A DNA stretch of 64,000 bases from an uncultured Gammaproteobacteria bacterium (GCA_964641245.1 CAZXML010000001.1:229460-293459); one strand, 5' to 3'. Counted from the stretch's first letter, positions 18,613-28,311 are shown. The notes: generated by a model from the sequence alone, not told the origin. Translations and numbers: made by a program.

Positions 18613-20013
18613 GGCGAAAGGCAATTCTGCCAGCGGTGTTTCTTTCGGCTCTTCTTCCACAGCCTGTTGAACCCTTCTTTTTAACGGACTCTCGGTCATT
18701 TCTTCTATAGGCAAATTAATAGGCGGCTCGGCGCGTTTGCTGGCCGTTTTTTGTAATAGAGGGGCTTTAACCAACGGCAACGGGAAGTGCCACAAAGTAG
18801 CCAGCTCTTGGATATTTAATATATACGGATTTTTACCGGTTCTGATTTTTCTCTTTTTAAACGCGCTGACGAATCTTCTTTTAATTTCCAACGTGCGGTA
18901 ATCTCCAAAAGCATAATGAGCCTTGGTGGCCAGTACGGGTATGATAGCGTTGCGTCCGCTATAATTAAATTGATTCATAGCACCGATGAGGCCGTCCAGA
19001 CAACGGCTGGGATTGAATATTTCCTTTGGCGCGGCATATAAAACCCGGCACTTTATTTTGAAGCCGATTTTGGAAATTTTTTCTTCAATGGCCGCAACGG
19101 TATCTCTTACACCCGGAGTAAGGTCGGAAATTTTTCCGGGCATTTCTTCTTTTTTCTTAATAACCGGCCCCTCGGCCGGCGGACGGATGGCGTTTAAAAG
19201 CTCTTCCACGATAACATTAATAATTTTAAACAGAAAAAACTGCTCGGACACGTGCTTTTTATTGGTAATGATTTTTTTGATGAGCTCTATGCCTTTGGCT
19301 TTCCATGCTTCCGAAATCGGCTCTACAATAATTTGAAACCAAAGATTTTCTCCGGCGCCAATACGCGTAAAATTTTCCAAAATAGCGGCCATGGGGTCAT
19401 TGAATGTATAGTCGGGAGTAATACTGTGTTCAAATTCCGAGTAGGTTCGGATTGGGTATGGATCCGGAGCCGCTAGGCCAAATTCTAAACCGAAAATTTC
19501 GTGGGTTTCGTTTGGGTATTTGCCGGGAATAGCGCCGACATAATCCTCTACTTCGGTGATTTCGGCCATTGGATACTGGGCGTAAATGGCTGCTTCTACC
19601 AAATCTCGGTAATTGGCTTCGGTATAAATTAAAAATTGAATATAACCTTCTAAACTTATAATTTCCAAACTAAACCACCGCTGTTTTACTCCCTGCCAGT
19701 ATTTTTGCCCGATATTTGGCTCAAAAAGAGCGCCGCTAAGATGAGAAAAAATCTGTTCAACCGCTTTTGGGCTTTGAATGGTGTCTGTGGGAACATCAAC
19801 GGCCAGCACAATCCATTCCCATGTGCTTGTGTATTTTGCCTGCCGTACTTTAACCCAAAGTTCCATGCCCATAAAAAAGAAGATTAGGGCCACAATCGCC
19901 CACCCGACAATAGCAAAAATAGCCGACACTCTTTGGTCTGTTGGCAAATTTAAAATTTGGCTCCACAAGGAAAAATCTATAACAATGCCAAAAGGCAGTT
20001 CCGAAACCGGCAT
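18610..20013 (-). CDS. Membrane protein paralogous to the N-terminal (non-ATPase) half of the 12169-14718 T4SS-like ATPase.
   Basis: 467 aa. Blocks align with the ATPase N-half: SLEIISLEGYIQFLIYTEANYRDLVEAAIYAQYPMAEITEVEDY matches SFEIVVKDSKISFYVAMPDKIKGFLEQQIHAQYPHAEITEEPDY, and NIQELATLWHFPLP matches STEEMAGLWHLPTP. There is no Walker motif. Confidence 0.7.
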   Translation of the reverse strand: MPVSELPFGIVIDFSLWSQILNLPTDQRVSAIFAIVGWAIVALIFFFMGMELWVKVRQAKYTSTWEWIVLAVDVPTDTIQSPKAVEQIFSHLSGALFEPNIGQKYWQGVKQRWFSLEIISLEGYIQFLIYTEANYRDLVEAAIYAQYPMAEITEVEDYVGAIPGKYPNETHEIFGLEFGLAAPDPYPIRTYSEFEHSITPDYTFNDPMAAILENFTRIGAGENLWFQIIVEPISEAWKAKGIELIKKIITNKKHVSEQFFLFKIINVIVEELLNAIRPPAEGPVIKKKEEMPGKISDLTPGVRDTVAAIEEKISKIGFKIKCRVLYAAPKEIFNPSRCLDGLIGAMNQFNYSGRNAIIPVLATKAHYAFGDYRTLEIKRRFVSAFKKRKIRTGKNPYILNIQELATLWHFPLPLVKAPLLQKTASKRAEPPINLPIEEMTESPLKRRVQQAVEEEPKETPLAELPFA

Positions 20014-20014
20014 A

Positions 20015-20176
20015 TTATTTTTTTACAATGCTAAATACACCGCCGTAAATTATAAGGACACCAAAAATAGTCCACCACCAGCCGTATTGGCTGGATACCC
20101 AACCGCTATAATAGGCTAACGCGCAAATAATAGCCGCGCATAGCGCTACCATGTGTCGAATTGCATTATCGGACAT
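20015..20176 (-). CDS. Possible 53-aa membrane peptide translationally coupled to the downstream gene.
   Basis: MSDNAIRHMVALCAAIICALAYYSGWVSSQYGWWWTIFGVLIIYGGVFSIVKK, with the stop overlapping TAAtATG. No clear RBS. Confidence 0.3.
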   Translation of the reverse strand: MSDNAIRHMVALCAAIICALAYYSGWVSSQYGWWWTIFGVLIIYGGVFSIVKK

Positions 20177-20181
20177 ACAAC

Positions 20182-20270
20182 TAAGTATTAAGTATTAAGT
20201 ATTACGTATAAAGTATTATGAATCAAATATCGCTTTTACCTTAATACTTAATACATGATACTTGATACAA
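20182..20270. repeat. Family D heptamer inverted-array element.
   Basis: ctaagtattaagtattaagtattacgtataaagtatt...ccttaatacttaatacatgatacttgataca. Confidence 0.7.
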
Positions 20271-20348
20271 GTAACTTTTATAATTATACCACACCCCATA
20301 AAACAAAACAAAACCCGCTTTTGGCAGGTTCTGCTATGAAATAAGGTA

Positions 20349-21263
20349 TTATGCTCTTCTGCGTTCTTGCCAATTATACACCACCACCAGGAGCGGGCTG
20401 GCGATGAAAATAGAAGAATAGGCGCCGCTGGCGATACCGATTAGTAAAGCTAGGACAAAATAATGGATACTGGCTCCGCCGATAATAAATAAGGCTATGA
20501 GCGGTAATAGAGTCTTGAAGGTTGTGTTAATGGAGCGCATTAAGGTTTGGTTTAAACCCATATTGACCACATCGGAAAAATTATCTCCGCCGTGTCTTTG
20601 CAGGTTTTCACGGATGCGATCGTACACCACGATTGTATCGTTAACAGAGTACCCCAGCACCGTAAGGATTGCGACTATGAAAGCGGTGTCTATCTCTACG
20701 CCTAAATATCTGCCCAACACGGCAAACACGCCCATTACCAGCAAAACGTCATGAAAAAGGGCCACAATGGCCAGCACGCCGTATTTCCAGCTGGCTACCG
20801 GCCGGGATACTTTTCTGAAGGCGTAGGCGACGTAAATGATTATACCCAGAAGAACAAATACAAAGGCATAAGACGCTTTTGACTTTAACTGACTGCTGAT
20901 AGAAGCGCCGATGGTTTGAAAACTGCCTTCATTAATTTGGTTGTCTTGTGTTTGTAGCTTGCTTTTGACTTCACCTAAAACGCGCTGATGTTCTTCTTCA
21001 GATAGAAAGTTTGTGCGGACAATAATTCCGTTATCCCCTGTTTTTTGAATGGAAGTATTTTTTAAATCCAACTCATCAAACACTTTTTGAATTTCAACTG
21101 TTTCCGGTCTGGTGGTAAAGGATAGTTCCAACAACGAACCGCCGGTGAAATCAATTCCCGGTTTTAAACCCCACATCGCCAGAAATACCACACAAACAAC
21201 GGTAATCAGTCCGCTGACTACCAACCACAACTTGGAATATTTTATAAATGGAATGTTTCTCAT
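20349..21263 (-). CDS. secF: Protein-export membrane protein SecF.
   Basis: 304 aa with SecF topology and motifs. It immediately follows secD. Confidence 0.9.
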   Translation of the reverse strand: MRNIPFIKYSKLWLVVSGLITVVCVVFLAMWGLKPGIDFTGGSLLELSFTTRPETVEIQKVFDELDLKNTSIQKTGDNGIIVRTNFLSEEEHQRVLGEVKSKLQTQDNQINEGSFQTIGASISSQLKSKASYAFVFVLLGIIIYVAYAFRKVSRPVASWKYGVLAIVALFHDVLLVMGVFAVLGRYLGVEIDTAFIVAILTVLGYSVNDTIVVYDRIRENLQRHGGDNFSDVVNMGLNQTLMRSINTTFKTLLPLIALFIIGGASIHYFVLALLIGIASGAYSSIFIASPLLVVVYNWQERRRA

Positions 21264-21272
21264 AGGGGCGAA

Positions 21273-23033
21273 TTATTTAGTAACTGTTAATTCTTCTTTT
21301 TTTCTGTGTCCCAAAAACAATATATTCCCCCGTTCGTTCATCCACGGCAAAACAAGTCTCATAATTGTTCTTGTTAAAATGATGGCGGAAAACATACTTA
21401 CCAGCACGCCGATTGCCAGCGTGACGGCAAAGCCCTGTACAAATCCTGTTCCCATCCAGACCATAAAGAAACAACTAATAAGCGTGGTGATGTTGCTGTC
21501 TCTGATGGACGGCCAGGCCCGAACAAACGCCTCTTCAGCGGCAGATTTAAGACTTCGTCCTTCTCTTAGTTCTTCTTTAAGCCGCTCAAATATAAGCACG
21601 TTGGCATCTACGGCCATACCTATAGATAAGATGAAGCCGGCCATACCGGACAATGTAAGGGTTACGCCGATTAATTTGAATAAAGCAAGAGTTAATAAAG
21701 TGTAAATACATAAAGCAATAGAAGCCAGGAATCCAGGCAATCTATAATACAATATCATATATATAAGTACGGCAATTAAACCATAAATACCGGCCAAGAG
21801 GCTTTTTTGCATGGATTCGGCTCCTAATGTAGCGCCTACTTTTTGCTGGCTGATTAAATCCACCGGGACCGGCAAGGCGCCGGAGTTTAAACGCTGGGCC
21901 AAAAGTTTGGCTTCTTGGATAGAAAAACTGCCGGAAATTACGGCGCTACCGTTTAAAATCGGCTCATTAACTCGCGGGATGCTAACCGGGGTTCCGTCCA
22001 AAAATATGGCAACCAACTTGCCGGTACTGCGCTTGGTGATATCGGCAAATAATTGTGTGCCTTCGTCATTGAATTGCAAAGCCACTTGAACCTGACCGGT
22101 GCGGGAATCCTGACTTACTTCAGTTCTTTTTAATTGTTTGCCGGATAAACCGGTTTCCTTCCATTGTTCGGATGGCGGTACGATATCTATCGGTTGTTTT
22201 GTTTGTACAAAAATTCTGGCAATAGTATAAAGAGTCGTGCTGGCGGATACTGACCCGCCGTCTCCTTGTTGTGAAGAAATTCTTTGTACTATATTCAAAC
22301 CGTCAAAACTTTTTACCAGTTCTGTGCTGACATCGCCGTCTTTGTGAAGACCTGCCCATTTATAAATATCCGGGAAAACCGAATTGTCTATTAAACCAAC
22401 CACTCCGGCTTCGGCTTTAGATTTTTCGTCTTCGGAATATTGTGTTACCGCATCGGCAAAACTCATACCGCCTTTTATAGCGACAAGCGCTTCATTGGCT
22501 TTCTTTTGCGCCGCGGCGTTATAATCGTTCATTTCTTTTGTCTCTGCGGCTGTAAGCGGTCTTAAAGGTTCGTTATTTTCTTCTTTAAATTCTAAAATAG
22601 GAGTTTCACCAATCATTTTTATGGCCTGATTAACGTCGGTAATGCCCGGCAATTCTACAATTACCCGATAATCATTGCCGACTTTGGTTGTTTGCACCAA
22701 CGGCTCGGACACGCCCAAACCACCGCGCACCCGGCGTTCAATTACATCGCGCACGCCTTCTACGGCGCTGGCTCTGTCCGCGTCCGGAATCAATGCGGTA
22801 TCAGCCTGATATATAAGATGGGCGCCACCTTGTAAATCCAGCCCCAAATTAAACCCGGCTGACGGAAAATTAGGAATGCCTAAGTTCGCTTTTTTATTAA
22901 CCCAATCTATGCCTCGGTTAGCGTAAACCGGAAATACTATTAGCAGACAAAAGACAGTTAAAACAAAAATAGCAAAAACACGCCATTTCAGGTTTTCTCT
23001 GGACAAAGGTTTTGGTTGGTTTCTTACGGCCAT
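21273..23033 (-). CDS. secD: Protein-export membrane protein SecD.
   Basis: 586 aa with a large periplasmic domain and a C-terminal 6-TM RND-like domain. Confidence 0.9.
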   Translation of the reverse strand: MAVRNQPKPLSRENLKWRVFAIFVLTVFCLLIVFPVYANRGIDWVNKKANLGIPNFPSAGFNLGLDLQGGAHLIYQADTALIPDADRASAVEGVRDVIERRVRGGLGVSEPLVQTTKVGNDYRVIVELPGITDVNQAIKMIGETPILEFKEENNEPLRPLTAAETKEMNDYNAAAQKKANEALVAIKGGMSFADAVTQYSEDEKSKAEAGVVGLIDNSVFPDIYKWAGLHKDGDVSTELVKSFDGLNIVQRISSQQGDGGSVSASTTLYTIARIFVQTKQPIDIVPPSEQWKETGLSGKQLKRTEVSQDSRTGQVQVALQFNDEGTQLFADITKRSTGKLVAIFLDGTPVSIPRVNEPILNGSAVISGSFSIQEAKLLAQRLNSGALPVPVDLISQQKVGATLGAESMQKSLLAGIYGLIAVLIYMILYYRLPGFLASIALCIYTLLTLALFKLIGVTLTLSGMAGFILSIGMAVDANVLIFERLKEELREGRSLKSAAEEAFVRAWPSIRDSNITTLISCFFMVWMGTGFVQGFAVTLAIGVLVSMFSAIILTRTIMRLVLPWMNERGNILFLGHRKKEELTVTK

Positions 23034-23089
23034 AGTGGGAAATGTTAAGTACTAAGCGCTAAGTAATTAAGATCTAAGTTTGTTTAATC

Positions 23090-23395
23090 TTAATGTATTT
23101 TGATATTTTTGGCAAGGCCTGCCCGCGTTGAAGGCAATATAATTTTTTCCTTTTCAACCAGCTGAGCGGGCGTTTCCCGGCCTAAAATACTATTAAGTTG
23201 TTTTTTTATATCATCATATTTAAATTTTTCCTTATTTTCACTCGTCACATCAAAGCCGCCATTTTTTTCCACTATAATAACATTTGATTTTATCCGTAAT
23301 TTTTGGGTTTTTCTTCCTACCTCCAAAACAAATAGGCCGCGCAAAGAACCGATTTTATTTTCCACCGCTACCTTGCCTCCTGCTTGCAACAGCAA
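23090..23395 (-). CDS. Hypothetical protein.
   Basis: The ORF continues upstream without an ATG, so the start is uncertain. No recognisable domain. Confidence 0.35.
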   Translation of the reverse strand: MLLQAGGKVAVENKIGSLRGLFVLEVGRKTQKLRIKSNVIIVEKNGGFDVTSENKEKFKYDDIKKQLNSILGRETPAQLVEKEKIILPSTRAGLAKNIKIH

Positions 23396-23518
23396 ATTAA
23401 GCTTTCTTTCTGCCTCCTCTATATCTTTGGCAATGGTCGCGCCGGTTTCTACCCGCTTTATCGCCTTTAAGTGTTCCTTTATTTTATCCTCTTCAGTACT
23501 GTTTGGAGAAATTTGTTA

Positions 23519-23624
23519 GGAACAGCCACTTAAGCGAGTTGGGATGTGTCATATGCCGGTACTTTACCCTGCTTCAGGAGCTTTACCGAGAAGCGCGGGG
23601 TGTTACCGATGTATCTCATCTTCT
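23519..23624. mobile_element. Solo left-end remnant (~106 bp) of the IS481-family element, inverted relative to the full copy at 36961.
   Basis: Its reverse complement matches 36961-37070 at ~93% identity, including the first 12 codons of the transposase (MTHPNSLKWLFL). No transposase body follows. Confidence 0.75.
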
Positions 23625-23631
23625 GCATTAT

Positions 23632-23690
23632 CCACAACTAAAACCTCCCCGGTTAAATCAGGGAGGTTTTAGTTGTGGCTCTATTTTTTA
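23632..23690 (+). terminator. Perfect 18-bp-stem hairpin followed by a T-run.
   Basis: ccacaactaaaacctccc cggttaaatca gggaggttttagttgtgg ctctatttttta. It abuts the IS-end remnant and the GGDEF gene stop. Confidence 0.55.
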
Positions 23691-24742
23691 TCTGGCTTTG
23701 TGTGTTTTTTATATTCTCCGTCTTTTTTGTCGTAATACCAAACCTGATTTCTATTCGGCTCACCCTCATGCTTTTCCGTAACTTTGACGCCTTCTTGAAG
23801 TTTAGTTTTTTCTCCCTTAGATAAATACAATCCTGTGTCGGATATTTTTTTCATTTCTTCAAAATTTTCATCATAGGGGGAAACACCGGCGCTGATAGTT
23901 ACTTTAATTTCTTTGCCATCATAAACCATTTTTTTATTCTCAATCTCCTTGCGTAAACGTTCCGCGAACCCAGGAGTATCACCATTCGCGTTTGGTGCTA
24001 TAATTACCATTTCTTCACCACCATAACGAGCCAAGGAGTCCCCTTTACGCATATTGGCTTTTAATGTTTTTGCAACCTCTTTTAGAACATAATCGCCGGC
24101 CTGGTGTCCATAAGTATCATTTACTTTTTTAAAATGGTCAATATCTATCATAATCATAGAAAACTCACCGCGATGTTTTACTTCTTTTTGACGTCGCTCC
24201 ACATCTTTGTCAAAATGTACGCGATTATTAATGCCGGTTAACGAATCTGTTCCGGCTTTAACTTTAGCTACAATAGTTTCTTTTATTGAATCTTCCAACA
24301 CATCACTGCCTTCGCCTGTTTCGTATATTTTAGTAGATGATTTTTTAGATTTTTTTTGTTTTGATTCGCGCAAGGCATGTTCTTCCTGGGCATAATCTTG
24401 CATAAAATCTTCTATAGGCACACCAAGATTTTCTGCCTCCTGGGCCAAGCGCTGATCAAAAGACTCACGCAGTAAATCTGTGATTTCGCCTTTAAATCTA
24501 TTTAGATCCTGTGCCGCCTCGCCTTCCGGATTTTTTGCCAACTCTTCAACGATTATATTATTTATCTCTTCCAAATCAGATTCTAAATCAGGGTCTTCAA
24601 GACCGGATTCTGCCAATATTTTCTGTATGTGGGGGGATGTCTCTATTAATTTTTTAATGTTTCCAAAATTCGGCCCAACCACGGCTTCGGCTTCGCCTTC
24701 TTGATTTTCTCTTTTTTCCGCCAGCTCATTAGTCTTGGTCAT
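23681..24742 (-). CDS. GGDEF-domain diguanylate cyclase with an acidic coiled-coil N-terminal region.
   Basis: DIDHFKKVNDTYGHQAGD...RYGGEEMVI is a GG[DE]EF variant (GGEEM). The RxxD I-site region is present. Confidence 0.75.
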   Translation of the reverse strand: MTKTNELAEKRENQEGEAEAVVGPNFGNIKKLIETSPHIQKILAESGLEDPDLESDLEEINNIIVEELAKNPEGEAAQDLNRFKGEITDLLRESFDQRLAQEAENLGVPIEDFMQDYAQEEHALRESKQKKSKKSSTKIYETGEGSDVLEDSIKETIVAKVKAGTDSLTGINNRVHFDKDVERRQKEVKHRGEFSMIMIDIDHFKKVNDTYGHQAGDYVLKEVAKTLKANMRKGDSLARYGGEEMVIIAPNANGDTPGFAERLRKEIENKKMVYDGKEIKVTISAGVSPYDENFEEMKKISDTGLYLSKGEKTKLQEGVKVTEKHEGEPNRNQVWYYDKKDGEYKKHTKPDKK

Positions 24743-24743
24743 A

Positions 24744-25070
24744 CTATATAGATTTCATCTTATTTAAAATAATTTCCATTTTTTTGCGATCTGCATCGTT
24801 CAATTTTTGTTTGTATAAACTTATTATTTTCTGATCAAGTTTTTTTCTGGCGGCGGCAATTTTATTATAAAAACCAGGGTCTTCTTTCATTTTTTTTGTC
24901 AAAACTTTTTTTTGCCACTCGTTTACTTCCAGTAAAGTATTTTTTAACTTATTTAATTTTACTTCACTTAAATCTTTTGTCTTTGTCAAAACCTCTTCCT
25001 TGAATTTTGTTTCAAAAACAAGAATCTCTTCAAGCAAACCGGTAATTTCTTTTTGCGGGTCTACTGGCAT
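24744..25070 (-). CDS. Hypothetical coiled-coil protein.
   Basis: 108 aa, Lys/Glu-rich helical protein with no recognisable domain. Confidence 0.45.
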   Translation of the reverse strand: MPVDPQKEITGLLEEILVFETKFKEEVLTKTKDLSEVKLNKLKNTLLEVNEWQKKVLTKKMKEDPGFYNKIAAARKKLDQKIISLYKQKLNDADRKKMEIILNKMKSI

Positions 25071-25075
25071 ATTTT

Positions 25076-26401
25076 TTACATCAATTGATAGCTTTTGGTT
25101 GGTTCTTTTACCCCCTCAAAGACGACGTCCTTAATATTATAAACGCCAAACTGCCGGCCATCCAAGAAACCAGCCATCGCCGATTCGGCTAACCAGCCGC
25201 TGTCTACCCAGTCAAACAACCATTCGTGGGTGTATTTGGGATTGTTTTGAGAAATGCCGGCGCCAATAGTTTTTAGCCAGGTACGGTTGTAGTTTTCTTG
25301 CGCGCCGACAGACGGAGCCATAATAAGGGGTAGGCCCAAACCAGCATAAAATACCAGCTCGCTTGGTTTGCTCCAAAGGATGTCGGTGGTACGCAGGGCT
25401 TTATTAAACTGATTAAAATAATCGTCCTTATCGATGGCGAATATAATTTGAATATTTTTGCCTAATAGTTTTTGGAGTCCACATTCTTTAATTTTTTCTT
25501 GGAAATACAAATAAACATCGTTGCGCGTGCCGGCCACTAAATTGAGGTGTAAATCTTCTTTGAGAAGCCTCTTTTTTAAACTATTCAAAATATCAGTGGC
25601 CATCATTTTTTGGGCCCCGGCGCCACCCACAGCAAAGGTAAGAGTAAGCGGATGAGTCCCGGTTGTTTTCTGGGCGTCAACTTTTAAAAAGTGGGAAACG
25701 GTATCGGAATATTTTTGCCTATATCTTTTTTGCGGATCCAAATTATGAATTCTGACCACTAAGTCGGATTTCAAAACTCCCAAATCGGCGCCGCCCAAAT
25801 TTTCTTCGGGCAAGGGGAAACCGGTAAGAAAAATGTTTTCGTCTTTTACGCCGTAAAGTTTCAACCTGTCTACCACCCGCCGGCAGGGAGCCAAATATTT
25901 TATCCGGCTTTTTTTCGGGTTAGAGGCAACCCATGTACGGCTGATATCCGCGTCGCACAATACCAAATAAATATCATTTTTCAAACAATGTTCTTCCGCC
26001 ATAAAAGAAACGGCGAAGAATGTGGTGATGAGTGGAATGTCTTTGGTGTTAAGAAATTTTATTAAATCTTCTCCCCAGCCTTTGTGTATAAGCGAATACA
26101 TTTCCCGGATCTGTAAATTTGGTTTTGACAAATCGCGGCGCGGGTAAAAATCTTTAATGCTTTGCAGTTTGTCGTATAAATTAAACAAATACTTGCCGAT
26201 TAACGGGAAATTTATCAAGCGCGAAACAAAGCCATAAAAAACTTCGGATTCATGCCAAATACGAAAATCTTTTTCGGGGATTCCCTGATAATTGTTGGCG
26301 CTGATAACTTTGCCCGTAGGAGAAAGGTGGCGCAAAGGATAGGCCGCGCGCTGATGCCCGTAGCCCATATCGACCGCCACTATCCAGGCTTGTTTGTCCA
26401 T
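25076..26401 (-). CDS. GT28-like glycosyltransferase (MGDG-synthase/UgtP/MurG-like).
   Basis: The N-terminal DMGYGHQRAA resembles the GGHxxAA motif of MGDG_synth/GT28 N-domains, and a C-terminal GGAGAQKM glycine loop is present. Start assigned to MDKQAW at 26401. Confidence 0.5.
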   Translation of the reverse strand: MDKQAWIVAVDMGYGHQRAAYPLRHLSPTGKVISANNYQGIPEKDFRIWHESEVFYGFVSRLINFPLIGKYLFNLYDKLQSIKDFYPRRDLSKPNLQIREMYSLIHKGWGEDLIKFLNTKDIPLITTFFAVSFMAEEHCLKNDIYLVLCDADISRTWVASNPKKSRIKYLAPCRRVVDRLKLYGVKDENIFLTGFPLPEENLGGADLGVLKSDLVVRIHNLDPQKRYRQKYSDTVSHFLKVDAQKTTGTHPLTLTFAVGGAGAQKMMATDILNSLKKRLLKEDLHLNLVAGTRNDVYLYFQEKIKECGLQKLLGKNIQIIFAIDKDDYFNQFNKALRTTDILWSKPSELVFYAGLGLPLIMAPSVGAQENYNRTWLKTIGAGISQNNPKYTHEWLFDWVDSGWLAESAMAGFLDGRQFGVYNIKDVVFEGVKEPTKSYQLM

Positions 26402-26470
26402 ATAAATAATTAACAAATAACAATTAGCAACTAACAACCCGCCAATCGATTGTTAATTGTTTTTTGTTAA
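26402..26470. repeat. Family F hairpin element.
   Basis: taattaacaaataacaattagcaactaacaa...ttgttaattgttttttgttaattgttaatt shares ttgttaattgttttttgtt with 5663-5712. Confidence 0.55.
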
Positions 26471-27261
26471 TTGTTAATTTTTCTCTTGTTGTTTGCCCAG
26501 ATAAAACCCATGGTCTTATCAAAATGAGAAGGAAATACCTGAACACCAAAGCCGTTGGCTCTTAATTTTTCGGCAATATCCTTGTGCCTAATACCCATAT
26601 GATACTCCAAAATGACAAAATTTACCATCGCAAAATCGCTGGCAGACATACTTTCAAACAACTCGTACTCCCCTCCTTCAATATCCATTTTTAAGAGAGA
26701 TATCTTTTTAATTTTATTTTTTTTACAAAAATCGGCAAAAGAAAAAGCGTGAACCGCGATGGTTTTCTCGGCGGTTTCGTCTGCACCGGTGTAATCCGCG
26801 AATAAGCGGCCGGATGATGAACCGCCGGCCTCTGTCAAATGATGGTTATGGCTGTCGGCGGATAAAACCAGCTGTCTTTCGCCGCTTTCCGAAGCTAACG
26901 CCCCGGCAACAACCTCCACTCCCAAAATTTTATTCTCGTCCAAATGTTGTTTAAGCAATTTTAAATTTTCCGGCTCCGGTTCTATGCCAAATATTTTTAC
27001 TTTTTCATTTAAAGCCCGGCAATACATACTAAAAAATCCAGCATGCGCGCCCACGTCTACTATTGGGTGCTTAGCGGTTTTTATAGTTTCATCCGCGGCT
27101 CGGTATTCTTTGAGCTTAAAAATTTCGTTAAAAACACTCTGATCCGCTTCGTCGCGCAGATACACCTGCCAATTGTGCCCGTTTAATTTTAGGTTTACTT
27201 TTTGCATTGATTTAACGTAATCACGCCGGGTAGCGTCCATTGAAACCCGGCGCTTAATCAT
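26467..27261 (-). CDS. FkbM-family SAM-dependent methyltransferase.
   Basis: VVDVGAHAGFFSMY glycine-rich SAM motif in an FkbM-like layout. Confidence 0.65.
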   Translation of the reverse strand: MIKRRVSMDATRRDYVKSMQKVNLKLNGHNWQVYLRDEADQSVFNEIFKLKEYRAADETIKTAKHPIVDVGAHAGFFSMYCRALNEKVKIFGIEPEPENLKLLKQHLDENKILGVEVVAGALASESGERQLVLSADSHNHHLTEAGGSSSGRLFADYTGADETAEKTIAVHAFSFADFCKKNKIKKISLLKMDIEGGEYELFESMSASDFAMVNFVILEYHMGIRHKDIAEKLRANGFGVQVFPSHFDKTMGFIWANNKRKINN

Positions 27262-27328
27262 TTTAGCTTAAAAACAAACAAAAGACAATCCTTGGTTTAT
27301 TAGGATGTTAGGATGATAAAACTATTCG

Positions 27329-27399
27329 TTCCGAGGCTTGGAATCGAACCAAGATAAACAGCTTCAAAGGCTGCTGTCCTACCTTTAGACGACCTCGGA
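27329..27399 (-). tRNA. tRNA-Gln (anticodon TTG).
   Basis: The reverse complement tccgaggtcgtctaaaggtaggacagcagccttTTGaagctg...ttggttcgattccaagcctcggaa is nearly identical to the CTG isoacceptor at 17213. Confidence 0.85.
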
Positions 27400-27402
27400 G
27401 TA

Positions 27403-28311
27403 TCAGGCCCGCAATTGCTTGCGCATCGCTAAACCGCTGGATGAAACCGTGAGAAGCAACACTGCCAGAGCTTGAGCTCCGAACAGCATCAGCATATTGG
27501 ATTGAAAGTAATTTGTCAAGGAAAAACCGTTTGGCAAAACCACGGCCAAGTACGGATCTATCCATTTTAGACCAAGAAAAACAATGGCCATTGTAATGAG
27601 TACGCTTATAATTGTAAACAATAAAGACTCAATAAAATAGGGGCCACGAATAAACCAGTTACTGGCTCCCACCAATCTTTTGATATTGATTTCCATTTGT
27701 TGGGTATTGATGGCGACACGGATGGTGTTGAAAATAATAAGGAAAGAAATAAGGGCGAACAAAATTGTGAGGCCGAAACCTATTCTTTCTATACGATTGG
27801 TGATGTTCTGCAGTCTTTCGATGGCGTCTTCATGATTATCAAAACTTTTTGCCTCAATTAATTTTTCGTATTCCGGCACATTTAGGGCATCAATTATTTT
27901 CTTGTAATCTTGCGGCTCTTTTGTTTTGATAATCATAGTGGGACCAAAAGGGTTTTTACCCAGCTCGGACAAAGCGTCCAGCGCTTCTATCTGCAGTTTG
28001 TGTTGTTCGCGAAAAGAGGCCAGCACGTCTTCCTTGGATTGCAATTTTATCTCGGTGACTTCCGGAAACATTCCTACGTAAGCTTTAATTTCATTAACGT
28101 TTTTGTCTGTCGCGTCTGGCACAAAATAAATACTGATGTCTATTTGTTTTTTTACGGCTTCTACCGCGGCCTTGGTAAGCACGTCCAGCGACCATAAGGT
28201 ATTTACGGATAAAAGCATTAAAACCAAAATAAAAACCGTCATAAAAGACAGGCTGAAGTTCCGGCCGATATCCTGAAACGCAAATTTTATTACGCGTAGA
28301 AATGATTGCAT
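27403..28311 (-). CDS. ftsX: Cell-division ABC transporter permease FtsX.
   Basis: 302 aa with 4-TM FtsX topology and a periplasmic loop. It lies downstream of ftsE. Confidence 0.85.
   Translation of the reverse strand: MQSFLRVIKFAFQDIGRNFSLSFMTVFILVLMLLSVNTLWSLDVLTKAAVEAVKKQIDISIYFVPDATDKNVNEIKAYVGMFPEVTEIKLQSKEDVLASFREQHKLQIEALDALSELGKNPFGPTMIIKTKEPQDYKKIIDALNVPEYEKLIEAKSFDNHEDAIERLQNITNRIERIGFGLTILFALISFLIIFNTIRVAINTQQMEINIKRLVGASNWFIRGPYFIESLLFTIISVLITMAIVFLGLKWIDPYLAVVLPNGFSLTNYFQSNMLMLFGAQALAVLLLTVSSSGLAMRKQLRA

Noticed and set aside
23503-23781. Plus ORF 23503-23781 and minus ORF 36922-37107.
   Set aside because: Both are read-throughs of the IS481 left-end sequence on the non-transposase strand. 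They are mirror artefacts of the same repeat.
27308-27565. Minus-strand 85-aa ORF.
   Set aside because: It overlaps tRNA-Gln(TTG) and the 3' end of ftsX, so it is spurious.
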